DNA of 64,000 nucleotides from Eledone cirrhosa (taxonomy: Eukaryota): contig OZ024743.1 of NCBI GenBank assembly GCA_964016885.1, positions 250,480,001 to 250,544,000 of the forward strand, given 5' to 3'. The notes beneath the pieces were generated by a model. The model was not told the DNA's origin, searched no databases, and worked only from the letters and a program-made list of their open reading frames with translations. Both the position numbers and the translations under genes were made by a program. Positions 1 to 10,721 of this stretch are shown piece by piece. The first letter of the stretch is position 1; the number at the start of each line of letters is the position of its first letter.

Positions 1-81
1 TGCATATACATATATATATATATATACATTATATATATACACATTATATGTATACACATATACACATTAGATGTATATACA

Positions 82-132
<51 letters not shown>

Positions 133-133
133 T

Positions 134-222
<89 letters not shown>

Positions 223-271
223 TATATGTATATATATATTTATATATATATATTATATAATATATATATAT
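1..271. repeat. (TA)n/(CA)n microsatellite (representative; similar tracts at ~11935-12335, 28200-28565, 31856-32046, 49750-50112, 51263-51470, 52488-52670, 53200-53785, 56740-57620)
   Basis: Direct dinucleotide repeats. They generate the [14 protein letters not shown] pseudo-ORFs in the track. Confidence 0.98.
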
Positions 272-399
272 TAAACCTACAGGAAGTTCTTAACCAAATA
301 TACAGCCCAACCCACTAACTCTTCGCACTCTCATCCCATCTCCTTTCTCTCTAAAGTTATGTTGGTACCACAGAATATCCAGTCTACCGTAAAGTGGTT

Positions 400-655
400 G
401 TTTAGGTTTCATGACAAAAGGCACCCACTACACGCTGTAAAGTTTTCAAGTAGGAGACACGATAAAAAGGCTCCCAGTCCACACTGTAAATGTGGTTGGT
501 GTTTGGAAGGGCATCCAGCCATAGAAAACCTGCCAGATACAGCACTATACGAGCGAGACATGGTCACCTGATCAATCTTGCCTCAAGTGGAACAATTTCC
601 GTTTAACCCATGCTAGCGTGGAAGATAGACATTAAACGATAATGATGATGATGAT
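400..655 (+). mobile_element. 3' end fragment of the RTE-clade LINE family seen at 16580-19254
   Basis: Shares ggaagggcatccagc..tagaaa, aacccatgctagcgtggaaga and the (GAT)n tail with 19095-19254. Confidence 0.85.
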
Positions 656-718
656 ATATATATATCAGAGAGGGTGTTGTAAGACCAGCTATATAATAGA
701 AAAAAAATGATGACGTTT

Positions 719-930
719 TGTTTACATTTATAGATATTTATTGTATATCAACTTGTTATGCATGTTTCACAGAGGACTGGCTCAAGCTCACTTATTTGTC
801 ACATCATCGGTCTGAAGTGCAGATCGATAGTGTAGTCGAGTCCATAACTCCTATGGGTGACCTTGAGCCAATCATCTGTGAAACGCGCATAACAGGTAGA
901 CACACTATAGATATCTTGAATATGTAAACA
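719..930. repeat. Imperfect fold-back inverted repeat with a degenerate hammerhead-like motif (807-896)
   Basis: Arm acttgttatgcatgtttcacagaggactggctcaag pairs with cttgagccaatcatctgtgaaacgcgcataacaggt. CTGAAGT at 812-818, GAAA-cgcgca-TA at 880-891. Confidence 0.75.
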
Positions 931-1046
931 AAATATTGTGGTTCTTTTCTGCTATATACACTCTGCCTGTGCATAGAATGGTTGATTTGGTACCAACACC
1001 ATATATATATAGTGTAGGTGGTTCAGGGAATTCACTGAACCACCTA

Positions 1047-1131
<85 letters not shown>

Positions 1132-1139
1132 TACATATA

Positions 1140-2065
1140 CCATCAACATTATCATCCCTATTTAACGTCCGTTTTTCCATGTTAGCATGGCTTTTAGATT
1201 AGCTGTCATGTTGGCCAGGTCAGGTGATCATGTCTTGCTCATACACAACTGATTTTGGCCTACTTTCTACAGCTGGATGCCCTTCCTAATGCCAACAACA
1301 TTTACAATAAGTACTGGGTGCTTTTTGTTGTGACACCTACACAACCATTTGACAGTGCGGGCTGGATTATTTTTGTCATGTCACCTACATGACCACTTTA
1401 CAGTGGGGGCTGCTCACTTTTTATCATGTCACCTACATGAACACTTTACAGTGGGGCCTGGGTGCTTTTTGTCATGTCACCTACATGAACACTTTACTGT
1501 GTGGCCTGAGCACTTTTTGTCATGTCACCATCACAACCTCTTTACAGTAAAGGGGGACTTTAGTGGGATTTGGGAGGTAGGTATATGGGCATGTGTGAGG
1601 GGCAAAGTGTTAGGTCATGAGAGGTGAATGGAAGGGATGGAGGTGAAGATTGTGAACACTAGATGTATGCTTCAGTTTGTGCTCACGGGAGGTGAATGAA
1701 AGGGTGGGTAGGTTGGAGGTGAAGGTGATGGATGTTATATGTATGCTTCTGCCTGTGGTCATGGGAGGCAGGTCTTCTGTATTACTGCATAACTCCGGAG
1801 ATCTCGGTCCTGTGTCATCACCTTTCAGAGGTGCAATTGTGCAAGGTCACCTTTTATCACCTCATCCAAGTCTTCTTGGATCTTTCCACTCCTTCGCTTC
1901 CATCATCTTTGAGCACTCTGCATCTTTTTATACAGTTGTCATCCTTCATACACATCAGATGTCCATACCAACACAACTTCGTCTCCTGCACACTGCCTCT
2001 GATCCATTTCATGCCTAGTTTCTCTGTCAGTTCGCTTATACATCCACCAGAGTATGCAAGCTTCT
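1140..2065 (-). mobile_element. 5'-truncated RTE-clade LINE (ORF C-terminus plus 3'UTR with ~45-bp tandem subrepeats at ~1320-1550)
   Basis: Reverse complement of the 18600-19254 region (decayed RLRWYGH-type coding, ctggatgcccttcctaa). The unit tttttgtcatgtcacctacatgaacactttacagtg repeats about 5 times. Confidence 0.85.
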
Positions 2066-2080
2066 TATATATATATATAT

Positions 2081-2270
2081 ATTTGAAAGAAGGAAAAGAA
2101 TGACTTCACTTGTAGTTGGTATTCTATAACAATTTAATTTTATAATTTTACAATTTTATAATTATATAGTTTTGCTATGTAGATCTACATAGTGAAATTG
2201 TAAAATTATAAAATTAAATTGTTATAGAATACCAACTCCAAGTGAAGTCATTCTTTTCCTTTTTTCAAAT
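2081..2270. repeat. Near-perfect ~75-bp-arm inverted repeat inserted in (TA)n
   Basis: tttgaaagaaggaaaagaatgacttcacttgtagttggtattctataacaatttaattttataattttacaattt is matched by its reverse complement at 2195-2270. Central palindrome ctatgtagatctacatag. Confidence 0.92.
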
Positions 2271-2406
2271 ATACCTAACTGTACCAAGGATCTCATATAT
2301 TTTCCAATATATATATATCATGATGATGATATATATATATATATATTAGTTTTGCGAGGTTTTTCATATGAAATCGTGTGCCAAAACAAATATTGTTATA
2401 CTTGGG

Positions 2407-2559
2407 GATTAATTTAATTTATTCGGTCCTCAATGGTAACATTGAGGACCAAATAAATTAAATTAACCGATATAAAAGACACAGAAGCGAAAACCAATCA
2501 AATAATGAGTGTGTTGTGTTATTAATTCTGGCAATATTATTACACAAATATGACCCTCC

Positions 2560-2562
<3 letters not shown>
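2407..2562. repeat. Hairpin (2407-2466) followed by a dispersed repeat that recurs inverted at ~42421-42512
   Basis: ttaatttaatttattcggtcctcaatg-gtaa-cattgaggaccaaataaattaaattaa. gaagcgaaaaccaa...aatatgaccctcccca matches the reverse complement of tggggagggtcatattt...ttggttttcgcttc. Confidence 0.8.
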
Positions 2563-2622
<60 letters not shown>

Positions 2623-3009
2623 GAGAGAGAGAATGTAATGTCCAGTTACTGTAGGTTCACCAGAGTGAGCACTCAATGCGTAGTTTCCAGTCGGTATAGA
2701 GGTGTAGAACTAAGTAGAATGTAATAATAATAAAAAGACAATTTTTTATGTCTTCATTATGTTTATTGAGTAGTGACGTGCATTTTGCTATTGATCAACT
2801 CAAAGTTCGATCTGTATCGATATAGCCCTAGTCTGGAATCAAAAGTTTGTTGGACCTCTGCTGTGGTAATGACAGAATGAACCTGTAGAATGTAGAAAGG
2901 TCTATAATGATTCACATTTATTTAAGGCGGTCAGTTAATGTTCACTTTGATTGGTGATATTGCTACATAATAAAGGCATAACAAATTATTATTATTATTA
3001 TTATTATTA

Positions 3010-3880
3010 CAGCAGCATTTATCTTGCTTTATGTTCATACGAGTTATCACCAAGTCACAACCAGTGACCTCAAGAGACAACAAGGTCCGCCATGTTCAAG
3101 AAAGAACATACATACTCACACATGCATCTTTAGATGTTTAGGCTTGTGATGTACTTATATTGACAGAATCTTCCTTAGTATATGGGCAGTTCCCATTAGT
3201 ACTATCTTTTGTATTTCTCCTATACGCGGGTTTCCTGGGATTTGCGATAAGTAATCATTAGACCCCTTAGGTATCATTCCTAGAGCGCCTACAACCACTG
3301 ATATTGTTTTAGTTCTCAATTTCCACTATTTTCCAATTTCTATCTCCAGGTCCTTATACTTGCTCAATGTTTCAAATGTTTTTATAGATACATTATTGTC
3401 TATTGGAACGGACATATCAATTAGCAGGCATACCCTCTTTTTAAAGTCCTTCAGTATTATATCAGGTCTATTTGCATCTATTTTTCGGTCTGGGAGGTGG
3501 TTGATGCTCCCACCAATTCTTTTGATGGGGCAGGTCAAAATGCTTACACATTATCCAATGTATGTATTGTGCAGCTCTGTCATGCCTGTTTAGATATTCG
3601 GTTGGAGCTATAGGACTGCACATTGAAATTATATGATCAATGGTCTCTGGTTGTTTTTTACATACACAGCATAATGGGTTGCATCCATTTTTTATTATGT
3701 TGGCTTGGTAATTTTTTGTTGGCAGACATTGATCTTGTGCTGATATAATCAGTCCTTCAGTCTCCGATTTCAGTCCAGAGCATTTCTTAGCCAGTTTCTG
3801 TAGCAGTTCTTTCTTTGCAGTTACTTTTACCTGCTTTGCTTTTTCTGTGTTTTCCATTTCAGCAGTAAATGGGGCTTCTG
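3010..3880 (-). mobile_element. 5'-truncated R4/Dong-clade non-LTR retrotransposon (CCHC knuckle plus restriction-like endonuclease), frameshifted
   Basis: ORFs 3468-3857 (ETEGLIISAQDQ, CCVCKKQPETIDHIISMC, RHD) and 3326-3538 (NRPDIILKD, LIDMSVP, SKYKDL) carry R4/RLE motifs. Flanked on both sides by (ATT)n = (TAA)n, the known Dong target. Confidence 0.9.
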
Positions 3881-3882
3881 AA

Positions 3883-3915
<33 letters not shown>

Positions 3916-4239
3916 GAATGCTATGGTTGACGGAGGCTCGGCTCTGTAAGGTATTGTAAATTTTGACCGCTATAACAATTGTAAATTGTTTAAAACTTTA
4001 ACCAACTTGTAGACAAAAACACCCTCCTCCTCGTGAGAGGGGTCTTTCTGCCCGTTATTTGGCCCTTCGGGGTTAAATAACTGCTTATTGGGGTTTTGTG
4101 CCCAATATTTATTTTAAACAAAAAAACAACATGGCTACGAAAAATAATTTTTATAGGTCACTCCCACTCATTCCGTCTTCTTCTTCCTCAATCGTCACTA
4201 CAGCAGAGAGAAGATTGTCTCTCTCCCTCCCTTCTTTAA

Positions 4240-5658
4240 ATGTGTCTCTCTCCCTCCCTTCTCTTTCGCAAGCGACGACAGAAAAGAAAAGTCTCGTGCA
4301 AAGCGTACAAGATTTCTCCACGACGACAACGACGACAACGACGACAACGACGAAACAGGTCTGACGTCAGGAATAATAGCAGTAGCAGCCGTAATAAAAA
4401 CAGCAACAGTGACAATGAAAACAACAGTAGCAGCCGCAACAGCATCAGCAGCAGCATAAACAACAACAGCATTAGCAGCAGCAACAACAACAACAACCAC
4501 AGCAACAGCGGCGGCGGCAGTAGTCGTAGTACCTGCAGCAACAACAAAAGTAACATCAGCTCTGACGACAACAACAACAACAACAGCAGCAAAGAAAAAC
4601 CATTCTCGTTTGCAGGTATCGCAAAGAACCTGGAAACCATCCTCATGACAAATGAGGAATTAGAGGAAGCGAAGAAGATGGTGACAAAAACTGGACACCG
4701 AGCAATCTGCAAGGCAGCGGAAAAATATTTCGAAACCCAACAGCACTGTACGGTCACGTACCGTACAGTAAGTACAAAATCCCGTAGGGTTGAAAGAGCC
4801 ACAGAGGCTCAAATACAAAAAGCCTTGGGGTCTGTGTGGCAGCGGAAAACGCACATCACCCGAGGCAAGAAATATGCCACCGTAGACGTACTTTTTGCCA
4901 CACCCCAGGAGGCAAAGGCTCAATCGTTAGTGACCCTAAGGAGCGAGGAAATGGTGTTGGTGCCCTCCTACTGCGGGCAAAAAATTGTGAGGGTCAAACT
5001 GACCCACGTCCCCCCCGGGATGGCCCCTTCTTGGCTGGCCGCGTCTGTCCTCGTCGGAATCGAGGACAAAACAACTGTACTGCAAGTACAGAAAAAAGTA
5101 AGAGAAGATTGGGTCGGCACCTCCATTGAGATGTTAATCCAAACCAACCAGGAGTGCATCGAAGCTATCCCGGATGTGATAGACTTCGATAACGGCACTC
5201 AACTGCCCATAAGTGTTGAGGGCAAACGCCCGAAATGCTTTCGCTGTGGATCGAAGACTCACCTCAGAGCCTTCTGCAACGAGAAGACCCCGAGAAAGGA
5301 GAAAACCCCCCTCCTTCCGAAACCGGCTCCACGGCTACCAGCAACAGGACAAGCGGCAACCAGGAACGATAGGTCCGTGGCACCCATACCCACGCCACGG
5401 AAATCAAAAACAGCAGCAGCAGTGGAAGTATTAACAACAACAACAGCAATACCAAATGCAGCTGCAACAGAGACTCCAGTGCAAACATCACCAACAACAA
5501 CAAGTGAAAGAGTGGAGCTGGTACCCCTCCCCAACCTCACAGAATCAGACATGGAGTGTGAGGTGGGAGAGGGATGGCAAAAGGTCGTAAGAAGGCACAA
5601 ACGCAGAAGCAGCGCATCGTCGCCTTTAAAAAGGGAGGAAAGAAATGAAAAAGGGTAA
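4240..5658 (+). CDS. LINE ORF1 (gag-like nucleic-acid-binding protein); true start and end uncertain
   Basis: CX2CX4HX4C knuckle CFRCGSKTHLRAFC (5236-5277), Arg-rich and Asn/Ser-rich N-terminus, GWQKVVRRHKRR motif. An upstream ATG at 4131 and ORFs to 6204 suggest frameshifts. Confidence 0.8.
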   Translation: MCLSPSLLFRKRRQKRKVSCKAYKISPRRQRRQRRQRRNRSDVRNNSSSSRNKNSNSDNENNSSSRNSISSSINNNSISSSNNNNNHSNSGGGSSRSTCSNNKSNISSDDNNNNNSSKEKPFSFAGIAKNLETILMTNEELEEAKKMVTKTGHRAICKAAEKYFETQQHCTVTYRTVSTKSRRVERATEAQIQKALGSVWQRKTHITRGKKYATVDVLFATPQEAKAQSLVTLRSEEMVLVPSYCGQKIVRVKLTHVPPGMAPSWLAASVLVGIEDKTTVLQVQKKVREDWVGTSIEMLIQTNQECIEAIPDVIDFDNGTQLPISVEGKRPKCFRCGSKTHLRAFCNEKTPRKEKTPLLPKPAPRLPATGQAATRNDRSVAPIPTPRKSKTAAAVEVLTTTTAIPNAAATETPVQTSPTTTSERVELVPLPNLTESDMECEVGEGWQKVVRRHKRRSSASSPLKREERNEKG

Positions 5659-6239
5659 AGTCTACTGCAAAGAGACTCACAGCAGCAACACCACCAACAC
5701 CATCACCACCCACACTAGCACCACCATCACCACCGGCGACAACCCCACCGCCAACAACACCTTCAACACCACCACCACAAGCACCAACATCGCAAACACA
5801 ACAACAAAACACACATACCCAGCAACAACGGCAAGAAAATAACAGAACCACACCCCACCCCCAGAAAAACATATGCACGGCAATAAATACACACAACAAG
5901 AAACTAATGACTTACATAATTGAACACACAGACATTTCACAACACGACTACATCAATCAAAACGCCAACTAACATAAGACTGCTAAAAATAGCACAGAAA
6001 CAATACACAAACATTAAAACGAAATTCCCCAACGCAGTTGGTGATTTCAGAGACCTAGGAGGGACACTCAACCGAAGAGTATATTCGGACATACTCATAG
6101 AAGAGCCGACGACCAGCCGAAGGGACGATTCAACGGTCCCTTCACCAGACGATCAAGTGAAAAGGGATGGAAAAACCATCCCTCCTCTACGAAAAGTACG
6201 GTAAGTGGTCTTTCCCATCTTTTCCACTCTATTTTAAAC

Positions 6240-9200
6240 ATGACCTCACTCAGAATAGGCAGCATAAATGCGCGTGGCTTGGGGTCGTCATGGAAGCAGG
6301 GTCACCTGCTCAACTACCTCAGGTCACTAAACATAGATGTAGTGGCCATCAGCGAGACCAGAATCTCCGAAGCACGGGCCTTCGCACCGATCTTCGGCGG
6401 TTACGATGTGGACGCATCTCCCAGCCATCCTGGATCGGGGGAAGGAGTTGCTGTGCTTTTTCGGAGAGGTTTGGATCTCGCCATACGGGCCATCTTCCTG
6501 GACCCAGAGGGTAAGTTGGTGGTGCTGGACGTGACCAGCGGAGACGGGCAAGCTTTCAGGCTAGTGGCCGTCTATGCCCCGACAGGAGCAGGGCGGCCTG
6601 ATTTCTTCCGGCGTCTGGAGACCTTTCTTGGAACGTCCCGCTCTTTAGTGTTAGTGGGCGACTGGAACGGGATCTTACATGCACGCTGGGACTGTGTGGG
6701 ATTAGCGGATAGGGGTGGAGGGTGCAAGAGCTTCACCAACCTGCTCAGGCATTTTGAACTGTCTGACAGGTACCGATTGGATTTCCCGAATGTGCCAATG
6801 TGGACTTGGACAAATCGCATAGGGTCATCCAGATCATATCTAGATAGAGTATTTTGTAGGAAAATAGATAGGTCTAGCATAGGCTGTCCACAATTCAAGA
6901 TAGTCAGCTACACGGACCACAAATTCGTGATCTGTGTGCTTGACTTAGATAGACTTCATAGACGAGGACCCGGCTACTGGAAGCTAAATGCGTCCTTACC
7001 AGCGCGCATGGCCTACAGAGACCGGATTAACGAACTAGTTAAGCGGGCGTTGGCGGGGGCCATCGTCAACAATAAGTGGTGGTTTGCTCTGAAAAGAGCG
7101 ATTAGAATAGAATCCATTAGGTTTAGTAAGGCTTTAGCAATAGAGAAAAAAAGAGCAGAGGGAGAACTAGTTAGAAAATTAGACGAGGCGCTTAGCAAAG
7201 GCATTGCGACCGACGTGCTTGCGGCGAAATTGGCCCTTGACCACTTCTTCAATGCAAAGCACGAAGGCTGCGTTGTCAGAGAAAGGGTGCGTGCTCTCAG
7301 ACACGAGGGGACGAAAGCCGTTCAATGGGCCCGAGTGGCGGAGGCGCGTCGTGGCAACAAAGCCACGATCCGGTCTTTGGTGGACCACGACGGGCGCATG
7401 CTACTCGATCCCGGGCAAATGTGTGAAGCTTTTCAGCGACACTTCACTCAGCTGTTCGGGGGCAGCGGTGGGCCGGGTCGAGGGATGGACTTTAGTGTCT
7501 ACCTCGACGGACTGCCGCGGCTCTCGACCACTGAGGCGGAGTGTTGTGAAAAGCCGATAACAGCCGCTGAAGTAAGGGAGGCAATGACTGGCTGCACAAG
7601 GGGTAAATCGCCTGATTTGGATGGTCTGCCCTATGAACTTTACGTACAGATGCCAGACTTGTTCGGAGGCCTCTTGGCGGACGTCTACTGCAACTGGCAA
7701 CAGAACGGGAGAATTCCCAGTTCTGTGAGCCCAGGAGCGGTGGCACTGCTGAGAAAGGATCCGAACAAGGGGGATAACATAGATAATTTCAGGCCCATAA
7801 CTCTGCTAAACACAGAGTTCAAGATTTTGGCCAAGGTGCTAGCAAAGAGGTTGGCGCTTGTCGTTGGTGGTCTGGTGGGAGAGGCGCAGACATGCGCCAT
7901 TCCCGACAGATCCATCCACGACAACCTCCACCTCATGCGATACATCGTAGAGAGGGTAGCTAGGGAACCTGGCACGGGTGGGTCCTTGATCAATTTAGAT
8001 CAGTCGAAAGCTTTCGATAGGGTCGACCATCGTTACCTAGCGGCAGTCCTGAGGGCGGCTGGCTTTGGGCCCGTCTTCAGAGGCTGGATCGCTGCCATGC
8101 ACAGCGACATCTGCTCTGTGGTGAGAGTGAACGGTCACCTTTCGGAACCATTCAACATCATGCGCTCGGTCCGCCAAGGATGTCCCCTCTCGTCCCTCTT
8201 GTACGTATTGACTCTCAAGCCATTACTGCACAAACTGGAGACGTTGAGGGGCGTCCCGCACGAACTAGGATGCGGAAGATCCGTGTCAGCATATGCGGAC
8301 GATGTCACCGTAGTGGTGTCGAACGCCAAACACATCGAGGCGATCGGCACTACACTAAGAGAATATGAAGCGGTGACAGGAGCAATGATCAACCAGGAAA
8401 AGTCAGTGGGCCTGCAGCTTGGCACCTGGAGAGGCAGGTCCATGCCGTCCAACCCCGTCGTCGGACGCTGGACGGACGGACCGGTTAAATTGCTAGGGGT
8501 CTGGTTCGGTCCGGACCTCCAGACAGACAAAAATTGGGACGAGGTGACGAGCAGGGTGGCTTCTCTCACCCAGAAATGGGCGGAGAGGAAGCTATCCCTG
8601 AAAGGTCGAGCGGAGGTGGCTAACGCGTACATCGCGTCTGTCATCTGCTACCGCCTGACCGTCGTACCTTGTCCTAAGCCTTGCCTGACTGCACTGGAGC
8701 ATTTACTCTTTCGCTTTTTGTGGAAGGGACGCGCTCCGATGGTCAGGCGGTCCATCTGTTGTCAACACCCGCTACGTGGAGGGCTGGGCATGCCGTGGCT
8801 GATGATGCGCAGGCACGCGCTCAGGCTACGACATCTCCACTTCTTCCTCGATGGTGATCAGGTGTGGTCGCCATTTGCTAGACACGTATTTCCCCAGCTC
8901 GTTTCCTTGACGGAGCTGCAGTCCTGGGTCAAGCGAAGACCGAGAGGGTGTGCCTGGAGACTGGAATGTCTTCAGGCGCTCACAGCCCTCGACCAATCGG
9001 GCAATGTGATCGGTGGAAACTCCACCTCGGCGTTCTATAGAGGATTAGTGGAGGGCAAGAGCGACGACGTACTTGGGGAAACTCTAGGCGTCGACGAAAA
9101 TCAACTAGCCAATCTCTTCAGAAGAACTTTGGACAACTTCCAGAAATCTCTGGCCTGGCAGTGCTACCGAGGAGCCTTGCCAGTTCGGGATAAACTCTAC

Positions 9201-9644
9201 AGGCATGGAGGTGCCGTCAGCTGGGCATGTCCGAGATGCGCGCAGGGCGACGAAACCATCCTGCACGCACTCGTCCAGTGTCCTAAAATTGCTGACTTGT
9301 GGGTTTATGTCGAACACCTGCTGTCGCGTGTAGGACGGATCCGGCTATCATCTGAGTCCATCGTGAGGATTGCCCCGCCCCCCTCCTTTAGCCGGGAAGG
9401 GCAGGCAGTTTTTATCTGTCTGGTGGCCATGGCGAAAAAGGTAGTATGGTGGACACGTTTGAAAGGGCTGAAGACGAGCACTTACCTCTTCGGTGATGCC
9501 CTGATTGACTTTTTCAAATTTCATTTGAAAAGGAAAATCAGAGTAGAGAGGGAAGTGCTCTCTTCCCAGCATTTTGTTGAAAGATGGGTGAGAGAAGCAA
9601 GAATGGCCCGAGTGAATGGGCCTACTCTGAATATATATCTGTGA
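6240..9644 (+). CDS. LINE ORF2: APE endonuclease, reverse transcriptase and C-terminal zinc finger (1134 aa)
   Basis: SINARGL, SETR, VYAP, GDWN, SYLDRV, TDHK (APE); GPGYWKLN; FRPITLLN, LDQSKAFDRVDH, VRQGCPLS, AYADD (RT); CPRCAQGDETILHALVQC. Confidence 0.96.
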   Translation: MTSLRIGSINARGLGSSWKQGHLLNYLRSLNIDVVAISETRISEARAFAPIFGGYDVDASPSHPGSGEGVAVLFRRGLDLAIRAIFLDPEGKLVVLDVTSGDGQAFRLVAVYAPTGAGRPDFFRRLETFLGTSRSLVLVGDWNGILHARWDCVGLADRGGGCKSFTNLLRHFELSDRYRLDFPNVPMWTWTNRIGSSRSYLDRVFCRKIDRSSIGCPQFKIVSYTDHKFVICVLDLDRLHRRGPGYWKLNASLPARMAYRDRINELVKRALAGAIVNNKWWFALKRAIRIESIRFSKALAIEKKRAEGELVRKLDEALSKGIATDVLAAKLALDHFFNAKHEGCVVRERVRALRHEGTKAVQWARVAEARRGNKATIRSLVDHDGRMLLDPGQMCEAFQRHFTQLFGGSGGPGRGMDFSVYLDGLPRLSTTEAECCEKPITAAEVREAMTGCTRGKSPDLDGLPYELYVQMPDLFGGLLADVYCNWQQNGRIPSSVSPGAVALLRKDPNKGDNIDNFRPITLLNTEFKILAKVLAKRLALVVGGLVGEAQTCAIPDRSIHDNLHLMRYIVERVAREPGTGGSLINLDQSKAFDRVDHRYLAAVLRAAGFGPVFRGWIAAMHSDICSVVRVNGHLSEPFNIMRSVRQGCPLSSLLYVLTLKPLLHKLETLRGVPHELGCGRSVSAYADDVTVVVSNAKHIEAIGTTLREYEAVTGAMINQEKSVGLQLGTWRGRSMPSNPVVGRWTDGPVKLLGVWFGPDLQTDKNWDEVTSRVASLTQKWAERKLSLKGRAEVANAYIASVICYRLTVVPCPKPCLTALEHLLFRFLWKGRAPMVRRSICCQHPLRGGLGMPWLMMRRHALRLRHLHFFLDGDQVWSPFARHVFPQLVSLTELQSWVKRRPRGCAWRLECLQALTALDQSGNVIGGNSTSAFYRGLVEGKSDDVLGETLGVDENQLANLFRRTLDNFQKSLAWQCYRGALPVRDKLYRHGGAVSWACPRCAQGDETILHALVQCPKIADLWVYVEHLLSRVGRIRLSSESIVRIAPPPSFSREGQAVFICLVAMAKKVVWWTRLKGLKTSTYLFGDALIDFFKFHLKRKIRVEREVLSSQHFVERWVREARMARVNGPTLNIYL

Positions 9645-9928
9645 ATTAAAGGTGGAAAACTGGGAGAGGGCACTTGCCTTGGTGGTCAGGGTCACTGTGG
9701 CCTTTTACTGGGCTTTCTCCACAAATGTCCCTCCGAAGTCTCCCCCCTATTGGGGAATTTTTCATTGTTATTTTTTGTTACATCCTCTGTTTTTGTTTTT
9801 TACACGCAGAAATGCCTATTTGTACCGTACTGTATTGTCCTGCACTGTCCTTAATGTCTACTTTATGTAAACCCTTGTGGTTAATAAAGAAATCATTATT
9901 ATCATCATTATTATTATTATTATATAAT

Positions 9929-10122
9929 GGCGGTGGATTAGCAGTATCGGTAGAGGGTCGGACGCCATGCTATCCAGCATAGTTACATCCCTTTACGATC
10001 TGAGTTCAAATCCCGCCGAGGTTGACTTTGCCTTTCATCCTTACGGGGTCGATAAAATAAAGTACCAGTAATGCACTGGGTAATTGCTGGCCTTGTGCCT
10101 AAAGTAGAAACAATTATTATTA
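9929..10122 (+). mobile_element. tRNA-derived SINE (Meta-domain-like core); near-identical copy at 58745-58930
   Basis: Pol III A-box-like tagcagtatcgg, B box gagttcaaatcc, core gcctttcatccttacggggtcgataaaataaagtaccag, (ATT)n tail. Decayed copies at ~11450-11540, 13385-13560, 22005-22170, 25920-26300, 29295-29400, 36490-36640 and 63880-63985. Confidence 0.88.
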
Positions 10123-10140
10123 TTAGTATACATATATATT

Positions 10141-10320
10141 TATCATCATCATCATCATCATCACCGTTTTACGTCCGTTCTTCCACGCTAGCATGGGTTA
10201 GACGGGTTGTCCTGTTGTGGGCAGTGTCTGGTCGGCTGACCATGCCTTGCTCATACAGGAACTGATCTGGCTTGATTTCTACAGCTGGATGCCCTTCCTA
10301 ACACCAACCTCATTTACAGT
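10141..10320 (-). mobile_element. 3' end fragment of the RTE family
   Basis: Near-exact reverse complement of 19075-19254, including the (GAT)n tail. Confidence 0.9.
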
Positions 10321-10345
10321 GAAATTATGTATATATATATATATA

Positions 10346-10477
10346 TACAAGTAAATATAAATTAATATATATGATGAAACACAAATACCAACATATCTGT
10401 GTTTATATTTTACAATATAAACACAGATATGTTGGTATTTGTGTTTCATCATATATATTAATTTATATTTACTTGTA
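10346..10477. repeat. Essentially perfect ~60-bp-arm palindrome next to (TA)n
   Basis: tacaagtaaatataaattaatatatatgatgaaacacaaataccaacatatctgtgtttatat is followed after a few bases by its reverse complement. Confidence 0.93.
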
Positions 10478-10688
10478 TTATACGGCTCAGAAATATTTCT
10501 TTCTTTGAGCTATTTCATTGTAAAGGAATGCTTGAGTTTTGAACTCAATACATTTAATATATATATATATATATATATCATCATCATCATCATCATCATC
10601 ATTTTACGTCCGCTTTTCCCTGCTTGCAAGAGAGAGGGAGAGAGAGAGAGAAAGAGAAAGATGGAGGAAGAGAGACATGGACACATAA

Positions 10689-10721
<33 letters not shown>

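Larger units (their letters stand above)
3916..9892 (+). mobile_element. Near-full-length Tx1/L1-group non-LTR retrotransposon
   Basis: 5'UTR, ORF1 with zinc knuckle, open EN-RT-Znf ORF2, AATAAA at 9883-9888. GC-rich relative to flanks. (ATT)n-type repeats lie at both ends. Confidence 0.93.

Noticed and set aside
1320-1550. CRISPR-like spaced repeats (also 24088-24395 and 27238-27410)
   Set aside because: Units are contiguous tandem copies without unique spacers, there are no cas genes, and the context is eukaryotic retroelement DNA.
4010-4100. HDV-like ribozyme in the Tx1 5'UTR (ctcctcgtg plus a UUCG hairpin)
   Set aside because: Two good hairpins exist, but P1, P1.1 and J4/2 of the nested pseudoknot could not be assembled.
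9929-10015. tRNA gene
   Set aside because: A and B boxes are present but no cloverleaf forms, and the sequence continues into a multi-copy SINE body and tail.
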